Below are positions 1 to 12,499 of a stretch of DNA of 64,000 nt, one piece after another. Where the stretch lies: NCBI RefSeq assembly GCF_001194135.2, contig NC_068998.1:31215078-31279077 (forward strand). Reading direction: 5' to 3'. The first letter of the stretch is position 1; each line of letters begins with the position of its first letter. Origin of the DNA: Octopus bimaculoides. Taxonomy: Eukaryota. The notes below the pieces were generated by a model. It had not been told where the DNA came from. It was given only the letters and a program-made list of their open reading frames with translations, and made no database searches. The translations under genes were made by a program, and so were the position numbers.

Positions 1-277
1 GTGTGGGTGGCACATAAAAGACACCATTTCGAGCGTGGCCGTTGCCAGTATCGCCTGACTGGCCTTCGTGCAGGTGACACGTAAAAGCACCTACTACACT
101 CTCTGAGTGGTTGGCGTTAGGAAGGGCATCCAGCTGTAGAAACTCTGCCAAATTTAGATTGGAGCCTGGTGTTGCCATCCGGTTTCACCAGTCCTCAGTC
201 AAATCGTCCAACCCATGCTAGCATGGAAAGCGGATGTTAAACGACGACGATGATGATGATGATGATGATGATGATGA
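1..277 (+). mobile_element. 3' tail of RTE-type LINE or RTE-tailed SINE ending in (GAT)n
   Basis: GTGGTTGGCGTTAGGAAGGGCATCCAGCTGTAGAAAC...CATGGAAAGCGGATGTTAAACGACGATGATGAT. The same tail ends the RTE-like copies at ~45350-45500 and ~59740-59935. Confidence 0.75.
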
Positions 278-663
278 ATTTGACTAATATTTTTCAAAGA
301 AAAACAAAATTTACCTAGAGTATCCTCTAGGTTTACCTAGCAGCTTTCCACATGTTAAAATAAATAAACAGCATTTTGATTACAATGATTTCATGCCAAG
401 TTTGGGCTTTAGAAAACTTATTAAACTCAATTTAGTGCATTTTTTTGTAGAAATGCATTTTTATTTAGTAATTAGTTTGTCCAGTTCTATATTTGAGAGA
501 TGAGGAATTATGTACATTATTTACATTATTTACAATTGATGGATATTTGTCCTCATCTTGTTTGCTGTAAACACAATTGTTCGGCTGATATACCCGCCAG
601 AATTCATCTTGGGGAAATTTTGAACCTGGGTTCTCATTCCTAAGGTATTTTTCGATGTTGTTG

Positions 664-721
<58 letters not shown>

Positions 722-749
722 TATTATTAATTCCACCCACTTCACAGAA

Positions 750-1454
750 TTGACCAAGGAAACCCCCATTGAATCCAACAAGATGGTGAGTCTAGATGTG
801 ATACGTCTGTTCACCAAAGTACCAACTGGTGAAGCACTATCGGTGATTCAAGAAAAACTAGTGACAGACATCCATCTAAAAGAACACACTAGTATATCAA
901 TAAGAGACTTGATGGAAATTTTGACCTTCTGTGTAGAAACTACCTACTTCAGTATGGACACTGATATATATCGACAAGAGGAGGGTTTAGCTATGGGTTC
1001 GCCATTACCACCGATAATAGTCAATATATACATAGAATACTTTGAGAATTTAACTTTAGGATCAACATCACTAAAACCAACCCTATGGCTGCAATATGTT
1101 GATGACACCTTCATACTCTGGCCCCATCAGGAAGATGTCCAAGTACTGTTAGATCATGTGAACTCAATAAAGCCATCCATACAGTTCACAATGGAAAAGG
1201 AAAAAGACAATCAGCTAGCGTTCCTAGACGTATTAATAATACGCACCAAGTATGGATTCAGGACATCCGTATACTGCAAGCGGAACATCACTGGACGATA
1301 CCTCAACTTCAACTCCCACCATCCATACAGTGTAAAGAGAGGGATTGCTCAGTGCCTAAAACATCGAGCAATGGATATAAGTAGCGATCGTGATACTCTC
1401 CATGAAGAAATGATCAAGCTCAGTAACAATCTATTAAGTAACAACTACCCATAA
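750..1454 (+). pseudogene. Penelope-type reverse transcriptase fragment
   Basis: Motifs VSLDVIRLFTKVP, GLAMGSPL, WLQYVDDTFILW and LAFLDV; a stop follows and the remainder is frameshifted. Confidence 0.85.
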
Positions 1455-1652
1455 AACATACTATCCACTCCAATTATGAAGAAAAGAGAGGATGAAACTG
1501 ATAAACTGTTCACAGTCTGTCTACCCTATGTGAAAGGCCTCTCTGAAAAGATACAAAAGATATGTGGCTTATATGACATCAGGACAGTATTCAAAAGTAA
1601 TACAACACGTCGCAAATATCTCCTTTGAGTAAAACCATCAATAAAAGAGAAT

Positions 1653-1877
1653 ATGACTAAGAACTACGTGTACTCCATCCCATGCAGCTGTGGTAGGTTA
1701 TATAAAGGTAAAGCATGTTGCCCCCTCAAAATAAGGGTAGAGGAACATCGCAAAGCTGTCACATGGGGAGATATTGATAAATCGGGTATAGCTGATCATG
1801 TATGGAAAAATGGAGACCACCTCCCCCTATGGGATGAAGTTAAAATAAAAGGCAGAGAACACCACTGTAAAATATGA
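1653..1877 (+). pseudogene. GIY-YIG endonuclease fragment of the Penelope element
   Basis: NYVYSIPCSCGRLYKG...RVEEHRKAV...SGIADHVW. Confidence 0.8.
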
Positions 1878-2007
1878 AAACTAAAAGAAGCAGCACATAT
1901 GCTAAGCAGACTGAGTACAGATATGAACAGCATATTGGAACCAGTATTAAGGAAGGATAGGAGAATATTAAATTTATAAGCCCTAAAATTCACTCCATAA
2001 TTGCCCA

Positions 2008-2086
2008 CGGGCATATGGCGTAGTGGTTAAGAACGTGGGCTACTAACCCCAAGATTCCGAGTTTGATTCCAGACAGTGACCTGAAT
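2008..2086 (+). other. tRNA-derived pseudo-tRNA / Pol III promoter segment inside the Penelope 3' region
   Basis: A-box-like TGGCGTAGTGG, B-box-like GAGTTTGATTCC, D-stem GCGT/ACGT and 7-nt loop CTACTAA, followed by (AAT)n. Acceptor and T stems are poor, so not a functional tRNA. Confidence 0.65.
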
Positions 2087-2155
2087 AATAATAATAATAA
2101 TAATAACATTGAAAAATACCTTAGGAATGAGAACCTAGGTTCAAAATTTCCCCAA

Positions 2156-2201
2156 GACACCTAATGAAGACTGGAGGGTATATCAGCCGAAACGTTGTGT
2201 T
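2156..2201 (+). ncRNA. Degenerate minimal type I hammerhead ribozyme in Penelope pLTR
   Basis: GACAC-CTAATGA-A-GACTG...CAGCC-GAAAC-GTT-GTGTT. The core has CTAATGA in place of CTGATGA; stem I is GACAC/GTGTT; stem III is the ACGT palindrome. Confidence 0.6.
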
Positions 2202-3699
2202 AACAACAAACAAGATGAGGACAAATATCTGTCAATTGTAAATAATGTAATTAGTTTGTCCATTTCTTGAAATTCTGGCTCAAACTTGATATTTGAAGCC
2301 TTGAATTTATGTTCCGTTTGACCTCTCATTGTGCACAAATATATCAGTTTGGCAAGTAGGGTCTGTATACCACTCACTTTGTGCTTTTTTGCAATACCAT
2401 GGCCAGACTTAGCAATGACCACATTGAATCCGTGAGAAATTAATTTTTCTTATATAAAAGTCTTGAAGAAAATATGTCCTTTTGTAAGTGAAAATTAACT
2501 AGGAAGTTTTAACTTTTATATTTTGTAACAATTATCTGACCTACCCCCATCAGTTTTTATATCAAAATATAGCAAAAAACCTTCCTCTTCCTCACAGTAT
2601 GATTTTTAACACAACTTGAGTGCATTGAATTAGTACGAGGGTTACCGTTTAGCAGTAAAAAAAAATTTAAAAAATACAGGACAAACTTTGTAAATGTGTG
2701 GAAATACCAGGAGGGACCCTAACATGATATGTAACTGTCAGATTTTAATTAAAACTATATAAGAAAGTTCGCATCCAGAACTTTCCAATGATATAATTTT
2801 CCTCAGAAAATATTTATTTTGAAATGAAGATGATGAAGCAAAATGTGTGTTTTCATGTGTTCAAACTGTGCTTGTCTCCATTGTACAACATTCTGTAGGG
2901 ATACCTAATAATAGAACTATCATCTATCATTTGGTATATATAGTGTCAGTCTAATATTCATGTCCACAACTCACTTTAACAACAGAAATTATCACCTGTC
3001 AGTAGGTGTGGGTGTTGTAGATGCAAGGTTTGTTTCTACATCTGCCTCACATTTGACAACAGGTATACCTTTCAAATTTGTTGGTATAGGCTACAAAGAA
3101 AAGAAATATCATCATTTGTCTTAGGTAGTGGCCAGACTGACCACATGAGTTTAATGGCATCTAGGCCTCTCTGTAATAAATCATCATTATTATTGACAGT
3201 TTAATATCTTTCCCCTTTTCATGTTGCTATGAGTCAAATAGGTTTGCTTACTATGACTTTTCCCTATTTGTTTCAATCCTTCAATATTTTTTTTGTACTG
3301 AGGCTTGATCTAGCCATTTTACTGTAATGTAGCTTGGTCCAGTTACTTTTCTGTGGAATAACTTCATCCATTCAAGTTTTAAGTGGTGTGACTTTGTCCA
3401 GCTACTTGAAGCCAACTCTGTTTGAAGTAGAAATTCTGATGTGTTAAGTTCCTGTATGAAGCAGAAGACATTTCTGTTCAGAGCATGGAATCTACATTAC
3501 TGTTTCATCATTGGAGATATGTTTTTGGATTCTCCTGTACTACGTCCATTCGTTTCTTTCTTTAGCAACAATTACAGTACCTTAAGATAAAACTTTAAAA
3601 AAATTTTTTTTAATTATAAAACACTGAAAGTGAGAGGTGTCAGCCATTTCAACTATTTATCACTGCATGCTAATATGTTGGTCTTTGTTCTTAAATGGG

Positions 3700-3870
3700 T
3701 TATGATCATCATTAGCTGTTATCAAATTCCAACTTCATGCTGGACCTTCCTCTGCTGATATACATCCAAGTCCATTTTCCATGCTTGCATGGGTCACCTG
3801 GAATTACTGCGGGATGCCCTTCCTGTCACCAACCCTCACATGTCTGTGAGCAAAATAATATTTCCCCAAG
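3700..3870 (-). mobile_element. Degenerate RTE-tail/SINE fragment
   Basis: GGATGCCCTTCCTGTCACCAACC is the reverse complement of the tail motif at 110-130. Confidence 0.45.
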
Positions 3871-3879
3871 ATGATAGAT

Positions 3880-4640
3880 TAGAAATGAATGACACTGAAG
3901 AAAATGCTAGAAAAATAGAAAATAATGCAGAGGAATTCTGAAAAATCACCTCAAGTATTCTGTTCTTTGCAAAGCAATCAGACAACATCTAAGAAATGAC
4001 CTTGAGAATTATAGATTGAAGAAATTAATGCAGGCTGCAAAGGAAATCAAAGTTTAAATAGATGCAAGAGAAGGCTGATGCTCTATAGGTTAGAGGTAAT
4101 GATTCTTAAGAACAAGAATGGGCTCATGGTGACAGACAAAGGAGATATGGAGGCGGTATGCTAAACTTCCTTCACCAATCTTTTAAATCCTCAGTGAAGC
4201 TTGATCCTACACCACAGCAGATGCTGGAAGAAGTGTCACCTGTTCTGATCAGTGAAATTGAAAATGTCTTCAAACTGATGAAAGCAGACAAAGCTCCTGG
4301 GAAAGATGGCATCACAAGAAAGATATGAAAATGAAAAAATGAAGAGGTGAAGAGCTGTGGAAAATCCTCGTTCTATGCTTCAATCGCTATCTGAAGGAGA
4401 GTAAAATACCATCACTGTGGAAAGAGTCATATGCCATCCTGCTTCCTAAGCAAGGTGATAAAGATTTAAAAAAACTATTGCCCCATATGCCTCTTGTCTC
4501 ACCTCTATAATTTATTTTCAAAGATCATAGTCACTAGACCATCAAAACACCTTGACAACAAGCAGCTGAAAGAGGAAGCAGGTTTCTGTAAGAACTATAG
4601 TACAATAGATCACATATTCACTTTAACACGCAATCAAGAC
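3880..4640 (+). mobile_element. RTE-clade LINE RT fragment (degenerate)
   Basis: Broken frames give KAPGKDGI, IPSLWKES, YCPICLLSHLY and AGF...YSTIDHIFTL. Confidence 0.7.
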
Positions 4641-5099
4641 AAAATTGGATGCACGTTATGACCAGTGGTGTATAACATGTTATGTAATGTATGAAAGTTT
4701 GTGTGTATTTATACATGTGTATATGCATGAATATATGTGTGTACAACTTAAGTTTTAACCTTACCTACATAATATGTGTGTGTGTGTGTATGCCTGTGTG
4801 TGTGTGTGTATGCCTGTGTGTATGTAAAATTATGTGCAAGTTTGTAACACTCCCACCAACAGACAGAAACTAAAACTATAAAAACTATACTGAAAAAAAT
4901 CTGTACCAAAAATAAGAACGGTTTGAAGATTGATATTAAGCAAGAAACTCACTCCCAAATCAGAGACCCTATTTATATATAAAACGAAATAACACTGATC
5001 ACTGGAAGGAAAACAATCATGATACTATGTGTAAACATTTAATCATTGAAGTGGAAAAGGAGTGGGATAAACGAAACTTGGCATAATTATTAATTCCTC

Positions 5100-6292
5100 T
5101 CTACATAGCTACCACCAATGGTGACATGCTTCTCCCATCACTTTATGCTGCTGTTGAAACCTCATCTGCTGAAGTCAGTAGGTTGCATCTGGAACTAAGA
5201 CTTTATCTTGGAAATAAGTTGATCATCATCCAAAAAGTGCTTCCCTTTCAAAAAAGACTTCATGGTTGGAAAGAGGTAGAAATCAGATGGTGTGAGGTCG
5301 AAAAATATGGAGGATGAGGAAGGATTTCATAGCTGCATGAGTGTGCTTTCATATGGGGCAACATGTGCGTTGTGAACTGGGGCGTTGTCTTGGAGGAGGT
5401 GGAATACTTTAGTCAGCATGCCACACCGCTCTGCTTTGATGACATCTCGCAATTTCTGCAGCAGAGAAGTATAATATGCCTCGTTAATTGTGGTACCTTT
5501 TGCCAGAAAATCCATCATCACTACTCCATGCTGGTCCCAAAATACTGTGAGCATCACCATGACTTCTTGAGGGTTAGACATGAGCCTTCTTTAGAGGTGG
5601 TGAGTTATCATGCTTCCATTGCTTCAACTGGACTTTAGTCTCAGGATCATAGTGATGGACCAATGTTTCATCCTATGTGATAAGTCTGCTGAAAAAGTCC
5701 TCATTTTCTTGGCACATTGCCAAAAGAGCCTGGAGGCAATTGACTTGTTTCTCCTTCTGGAAAGGTGTGAGCATCTGGGGAATCCATTGTGCAGACAACT
5801 TCCGCATGTGCAAATGGTCATGAATGATTTTTTTCCACGCACCTACACTTAGCTTCACTACTTGGGCTAGTTGCCGAATAGTTATGTGGCGATCCTCTAA
5901 AATGGTGGCTTCCAATTTATGGATGGTGTCGTCATCAATGGCAGAATGTGGTCGTCCAGGAATAGGAGCTGTTTCCACCGATGTCCAACCACATTTGAAT
6001 TGGTGATGCCAGTGCTTGACTACATTGTATGATGGTGCATTATCATCATTAACTTCTTTCATCTCATCTTTTTGGTGTACAACCTTTCAAGTATAAGAAC
6101 CTGATCACTGATCTGCATTCAACTGCCTCCATTATAACACCGTTGTCCACTTCAGCAGCCTTAAAAGACAAATGAATGCTAGTGGAAAGCTGCAATTTAC
6201 AATGTGACATGTATGATTATACCTGTACTAGTTCTGTTTGCTGCAACAACTGGAAGCGGGTCAGGGGAAATCTTTAATGATCACCCCTCGTG
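5100..6292 (-). mobile_element. Mariner DNA transposon remnant
   Basis: ORFs 5673-6062 (HTH, PGRP, RKLSAQWIPQML) and 5327-5581 (VMLTVFWDQHG, LLQDNAPVH). TIR-like CACGAGGGGTGATCATTAAAG at ~6272-6292 on the - strand. The left boundary is approximate. Confidence 0.8.
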
Positions 6293-6294
6293 CG

Positions 6295-6334
<40 letters not shown>

Positions 6335-6341
<7 letters not shown>

Positions 6342-7195
6342 AAGGATAAGCAAGTTAGGCAAGTTGTTATACAAAAAAATGTATGTATGCTTACATATAA
6401 AAAGGCCTGACTTACACAGAATAGAAATATCAGGAATTAAAGGGATTGAATAAGAGTTTTACAAGTCCAACAGCTGCCTCTATCTTCAGGGAAGAATTTT
6501 ACATTTGAGGTGTTGACAGAAAGGTGATTAAAGGTGAAGTGATTTTGTGGAGAACTAAGTGTATTAGAAGGAGGAATTAAGAGGTATTTAGATAGAGAGT
6601 AGTGGGAGGTGAAAATAAATTTCAGGATTAGGGTTTATTAATAAAGCTAACAATAGTAGTAGCAGTGGAAGGTGGGAGGAAAAGGGAATTGTGGTTTAGG
6701 TAGTATGTGAATGGTAACCTTTGTGTTAGTTTGTATGAAGGCCATAGAGTTAAAGGTTGAAGTAGTGAAAATGGGAATGGCCATTCTTTGAGGTAAATAA
6801 ATGGTTCAGTGGCTGAGGGAGAGTTATTTTCTCCTCCTACTACTCTCTATCTAAATACCTCCCAACTCCTCCTGCTAATACACTTAATTCTTCACAAAAT
6901 CATTCCATCTTTAATCTCCTTTCTCTCATGACCTCAAATGTAAAATTCTTCTCTGAAGACGGAGGCTGGTATCATCTAATGATGGAATCATTTTACAGTC
7001 ATTATTTTGGACCACCAAACCCCCAGAAACAGCTGTTGGACTCATAAAACTCTTATTCAATCCCTTTAATTTCTGTTATCATTTCTATTCTGTATAAGTC
7101 GAACCTGTTTACATGTAAACATATGTACATTTTTTGTATTAAATGTATTTAATATCTTTTGTATATCGACTTGCCTAACTTGCTTCTTACATTTA
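6335..7195. repeat. Inverted-repeat (fold-back) element, probably Penelope pLTR-derived
   Basis: 6335-6612 is the reverse complement of 6831-7195 (e.g. GAGTTTTACAAGTCCAACAGCTG vs CAGCTGTTGGACTCATAAAACTC). The right arm has ~70-80 extra bp. Confidence 0.7.
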
Positions 7196-7283
7196 CTCCT
7201 CTACCTGCTCAAGTTTAAATCTCTTGAGCACTACGAAGTGTATTCTATACAGAGAATATCTGTCTCATCCATAAACTATATAC

Positions 7284-7314
<31 letters not shown>

Positions 7315-7504
7315 CGTGCACATATATATATATTAAATGATGGCACATACATTCACTTTCTATACATATCAACACAAACTTTATAAGTGTCTATTTATAC
7401 CTTCAATATTATCAACCTGCAATTAAAAAAATGCTGCTTTTTGGTTACTAAAATACAGCTTCTAGCTAAGCATGATATTTACAATTTATTATTTTTATTA
7501 GTGT

Positions 7505-9497
7505 ACTAGCAGTATAACCCGACCTTGTCCGGGTGTGACTTATTACACCATCTACGATAAGTCTTGGTAGGTGAAAATCAACTAAAAAAGAAACCTTACA
7601 ACGAAAAAACCCTTATGATGTAAATATGTTCATAATTCAAAAGACAATGAAATTAATAGGGAAAGTCTGAAGGCTGTTTTGCGTAACATTATTAAGCATA
7701 CGTAAATTTCATCCGTCTAATTGGCTATAGAAATGATTGTGCAAAACAACTTTTTGCGCTGCCCTGATTATACATAGCAGGGTAATCCCTTTTAGCAGGA
7801 GCTAGGACAGCAATTTCTGATGAAGCAATTGCTGGCGATCTGTTGCTACACAGTTTTGCCAGAATTCTATCAGATTGGGCAGAAGATGTTGATGCACCAT
7901 TTTGCATTATGTTCAAAGTAGCTTCTGGAATGTGGTGAATTGCTACAGTCTGTTGCTGTCATTTTAAACCGGTTGCTTTCTCTCCCCAGCAAACTCTCTT
8001 CTTTGGAGGCATAATCTATGTATATATTAAACAGAACAACAAAAATTATAATAGATGGCAGGGTCGGTACTTTTCACATATCTATAATTTTTCAGATTAA
8101 CACCCTCATGATTACCCAACCCTAATCCTAAACCTAATTCTAACACTAACCCTAACACTAACCCTAACACTAACCCTAACACCCTAACCCTGACCCTAAA
8201 ACCGTAACCGTAACACTAATCCTAACCCTAAACCCTAGCCCTAAACCCTAAACCCTAAACCCCTAACCCTAACACCGTAGTGAAAATCGTAGTATATTTA
8301 CCAAACATTGACGAACATGAGTTATATTTTACTGAATGATTGTGTACTTGCACGTGTATGCGTTTGAGAGAATGAGAGAGGAAGAGGTAGAGAGAGTGGG
8401 AGAAAGGAATAGAGGTAGTTAAAAGTTTTCTTATGACAGCTTCTCTTCACTGCCTATTACTTCATTAGAAATATATGGATGCACATACGCACATAATAGA
8501 GAAAAATGAAACAAATATGGACGACTTGCTCCGAAACACCACCGAATGGGGAACACTTCTCAAAAATAACCTGCAGTTGTTTCCTNNNNNNNNNNNNNNN
8601 NNNNNNNNNNNNNNNNNNNNNNNNNNNNNNNNNNNNNNNNNNNNNNNNNNNNNNNNNNNNNNNNNNNNNNNNNNNNNNNNNNNNNNNNNNNNNNNNNNNN
8701 NNNNNNNNNNNNNNNNNNNNNNNNNNNNNNNNNNNNNNNNNNNNNNNNNNNNNNNNNNNNNNNNNNNNNNNNNNNNNNNNNNNNNNNNNNNNNNNNNNNN
8801 NNNNNNNNNNNNNNNNNNNNNNNNNNNNNNNNNNNNNNNNNNNNNNNNNNNNNNNNNNNNNNNNNNNNNNNNNNNNNNNNNNNNNNNNNNNNNNNNNNNN
8901 NNNNNNNNNNNNNNNNNNNNNNNNNNNNNNNNNNNNNNNNNNNNNNNNNNNNNNNNNNNNNNNNNNNNNNNNNNNNNNNNNNNNNNNNGTAGTGAAAATC
9001 GTAGTATATTTACCAAACATTGACGAACATGAGTTATATTTTACTGAATGATTGTGTACTTGCACGTGTATGCGTTTGAAAGAGCGAGAGAGGAAGAGGG
9101 GGAGAACGGGAGCAATGTGTATGTTGTTGCCACAGATCACGTATGTGTGGTTGTGTGTGTTTTTATATATCAATGTTACGAAAAATAGGTAAAGAATACT
9201 GAGAGGAAAGTTTAATCTATGACGTATGTATCACCTTCTCTCTCTGTTGAGCGTGTGTGTAAGAACGCTGTTCCAGGTAGAAGGGAAGAAATATAAAAGT
9301 TGCTAGAAACAGCAGCCAAATCTCCCTTAAATCACACAAAGTAAACGGAATTTTAAAAATCTAATTACTGCACTGGAAAGTTCACATTAAGAAAATTCCA
9401 TTGGTGTAAAAATTTTTATGAAAAAGTGGAAAATGTGGATTTCTATAGATGGAACACACACACACACACTCACAAACTCAGCTTTATAGATATAGAT
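7505..9497 (+). mobile_element. Non-autonomous Helentron/HINE (DINE-1-like) element spanning an N gap
   Basis: 5' ACTAGCAGTATAACCCGACCTTGTCCGGG with a sub-terminal hairpin; 3' (CA)n...CAGCTTTATAGATATAGAT; internal tandem repeats. Confidence 0.55.
8117..8277 (+). repeat. Degenerate interstitial telomere-like (CCCTAA)n array
   Basis: About 25 variant units such as CCCTAA, CACTAA, CCGTAA and CCCTAAA. Confidence 0.85.
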
Positions 9498-9658
9498 TAT
9501 AATTTGTTATACACTTTTTTCACTATACTGTCCCAGTAATATTTATCATTTTAGTTGTAACTAATAACCAGTCCCTTTAAAGCCTAAACCCCTCCCACTT
9601 ATCCCACTCTTGCTGTCTTTCCTATATTTCTAATAATTATTCTCCTTTTTATTTTTAA

Positions 9659-12490
9659 CCCTTTCATTACCAACCCACCCAAAGCTGCCCAAGAATTATT
9701 TTGGCTGTTACCAACTCACCAAAAAAAAAGAAAAAAAAAAAAAAAAAAAAAAAAATCCGAAAAAACCAAATCATATTTAAATGAGGATTTCAGCATAAAT
9801 GCATATCTCATTGATACAATCATGAAAACAATTGAGTTACAGTATTCAACATTATTTGATGTGATATTTGAGCTCTGTGAATTTTTAGAGAACTTTTCCC
9901 TCATTTAATCTGCATTGATTTTCTGAAAATTTTTTATACTGACAAAAAATGGATACCGATTTCATGTTGTCAAGCAGTGAATCATGAATTTGAAAGATTT
10001 TTCAATGGTAGACATAAAGAAATCAAGCAAAATATACTGTAAAAACTATGTGGTGTGTGATTATGAATCAGATATTTCAGTTTCTGAAAGTAAAACCAGT
10101 GAATTCCAATGATAATTCTGATAGCGACAAAGAAAATGAATTTGTACCTAAATTGAGTAACAGTTTGGAAACTGTTTTTCTTAATGATTTTTCAGAAGAG
10201 ACTGGCTTTCCCAGGAAACAAAACTATTAACCTATTTAAAAAAATTTTTTCTCTTCTTAGTGTGTTCAAAACAATTAGTTTGAAAACAAATCATTATACT
10301 GAATATAAATGAAGATGTAAAAAAGATGGTTTGCGGTCTCCCACTTACTTAGACAAAATCTAAGCATTTTTTTGCGATTAATACTCTTATAGTTATAAGA
10401 AAGCTACCCAGAATTATGCACTACTGGAGCAACAATGAACCTTTTGGAGAGAAGTGTTTCCAATATTATGACAAGGACCTGATTTTTAAAATTATTGCAA
10501 TATCTACATATATTAGGTTGTCCAGAAAGTTGTGAGTGTTTTTCAATATGTAAAAAAGGAGGATATAAATAATTGACCTTTCAATAAATTTTATTCAATG
10601 AAATAATTTCCATTATTATTAGTGACCTTTGTCTATCTATCAGACAGTTTAAATATTCTATCAGCATAAGATTTTACTTGTTTTGAAGTTATCTAGATGC
10701 ATTTTGACTCCATCTAAATCACTAAATGTTTTTCTGTGCAATGAATTCTGTAGAGACAAAAACAAGTGGTAGTCAGATGGCGCAATATCAGGAGAATATG
10801 GTGGGTGGGGTAAGAGATCCCAACCAAGTTCTTATGAATTCGTTCGGGTAGCCAAAGGCACATGTGGTCAGGCATTGTCTTGTTGGAACATTACCCCTTT
10901 CCTGTTAGCAATCTTCAGCCTCAATTCTTTGATTTTTTTGGTTCAAATTAGCCAGCTGACAACAATACACATCAGAATTAATGGTCTGATTTTGTGTAAC
11001 AAGCTCATAATAAATAATGCCTTTATAATCCCACCAAACACAAAGCGTAGATTTTTGGGGGTGGACATTTGTCTTTGGTTGCTGTTTTAGGAAACCCTTG
11101 TGCAAACTTCAGGATCTTTTTCACACTGTGTTTTTGTACACAATCCATTTTTCATCTCCAGTCACAAGATGTTTCAAAAGCATATCACAAACAGAATACT
11201 GGTCCAACCAATTCTTTTCTGAGAGTTTGTGAGAGACCCATACATTATAGTGAGAAATGTATCCTAGCTTCACTAGGTGTTCATGAGCCATACTTTTAGA
11301 AACTTCCAGCTTGTCTGCAAGTTCTCTAGTTGTGATATTTGAGTTTTTTTAATTTTTGCCTTCAAAACATCTTCATCCAATTTTGAAGGTCTTCCACTGC
11401 AACTGTCATCTTCCAAGCTAAACTCTCCAGCTTTAAATTTTGCAAACCACTTTCAAACAGTTGATTCACCTACAGAATCACCACCATAAACTTCACAAAT
11501 ATTTTTGCAAGTCTTTGCAGCATTACAATGTGAATATGAAGTTTTTGGTTATCCATTTCAAATATTGATATAGGGTAACCGGAATGAAAGATAAATGTAT
11601 TTTTATTCAGGAACAAAGAAGAGATGCACTACCACTTCAAGCATTGCCAAAGTTTTAACTGTGTTACATTTCAGATATGTTTAATGAAGTGTTAAAAGAT
11701 TTAGGTTAAAAATGCTCAAAACTTTCCAGACAACCTAATTAAAGACACTAGCAGTGCACCAGTGCATAGAGAACCTAGGGATCCAAACTTTGATACCTTA
11801 TTTAAAATAAGACCCTTCATTGATTATATTCAAAATGCATATAAAACATTCTACAAACCAGAGAGATACCTGTCTGTGAATGAAAGTATGGTAGGTAAGA
11901 AATGTTATGTTTCCAAGAGTACATGTCTGGAAATCCCACAAAATGGGGGATCAAAGTTTGGAAGATTTGTGAAATGAAACTAGGTTCTACCATGAATTTA
12001 GTTTTTGTATGGCGGATGAAGGGAAGAGACAATAATGTAAGCCAACATGGCCTTGATCTGGAATTTATCACTTCCACACAATAATCAGAGCCATATATTA
12101 TTTTTTGACAGGTTTTTTAGTTCAATCAAACCTGTAGATTTAGAAACTGTGGCAACGTATACAGTGATTACAAGTAGTATATTGCCATTGGGTATAAAAA
12201 AAGCAAAATTTAAAAAGAGAGATGAAATAATCCAGTGGCAAAAAGAAAATTTGCTAATGACTGCATACAGAGACAAGAGGCAAATCAATTTTCTATCTAC
12301 CTGTGCACAACCACATGTGGATGAAAATGCCACCCCATCTGTGAACCTCGATTATAACAGGTATATTGGTGATATAAATTGGCTGAATTAAATGATAAGC
12401 TATTATCCATTTGGTAGATCAGGAAATAAATGGTGATGGTACCTGGTTTGGTGTATAATAAATATGTGTATTGTTAATGCATTTATACTA
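9659..12490 (+). mobile_element. piggyBac (PGBD4-like) transposon remnant interrupted by a mariner
   Basis: TTAA|CCCTTTCATTACC terminus at 9655-9671. Fragments LQYLH, DPNFDTLFKIRPFID, LSVNESMV, PTKWGIKVW, FFDRFFSS, YNRYIGDIN and KW*WYLVW...VNAFILY. The right TIR was not found. Confidence 0.8.
10512..11739 (-). mobile_element. Mariner (Hsmar1/MADE-like TIR) full-length degenerate copy
   Basis: TIRs ATTAGGTTGTCCAGAAAGTT (10512) and AACTTTCCAGACAACCTAAT (to 11739). ORF piece 10905-11105 has HPQKSTLCVWWDYKGIIYYEL. Confidence 0.85.
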
Positions 12491-12499
12491 TATACCAAA

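Larger units (their letters stand above)
484..2246 (+). mobile_element. Penelope-like retroelement, 5'-truncated, with inverted pLTR segment at its 5' end and a 16-bp flanking duplication
   Basis: RT ORF 750-1454 (GLAMGSPL, QYVDDTF, FLDVLI, TGRYLNFNSHHP) and GIY-YIG piece 1653-1877 (VYSIPCSCGRLYKG...EH). 484-730 is the reverse complement of 2087-2250. GTAATTAGTTTGTCCA occurs at 468-483 and 2247-2262. Confidence 0.9.

Noticed and set aside
2008-2086. Possible tRNA gene (anticodon-like ACT)
   Set aside because: Acceptor and T stems do not pair properly and it is embedded in a Penelope repeat; treated as a tRNA-derived segment.
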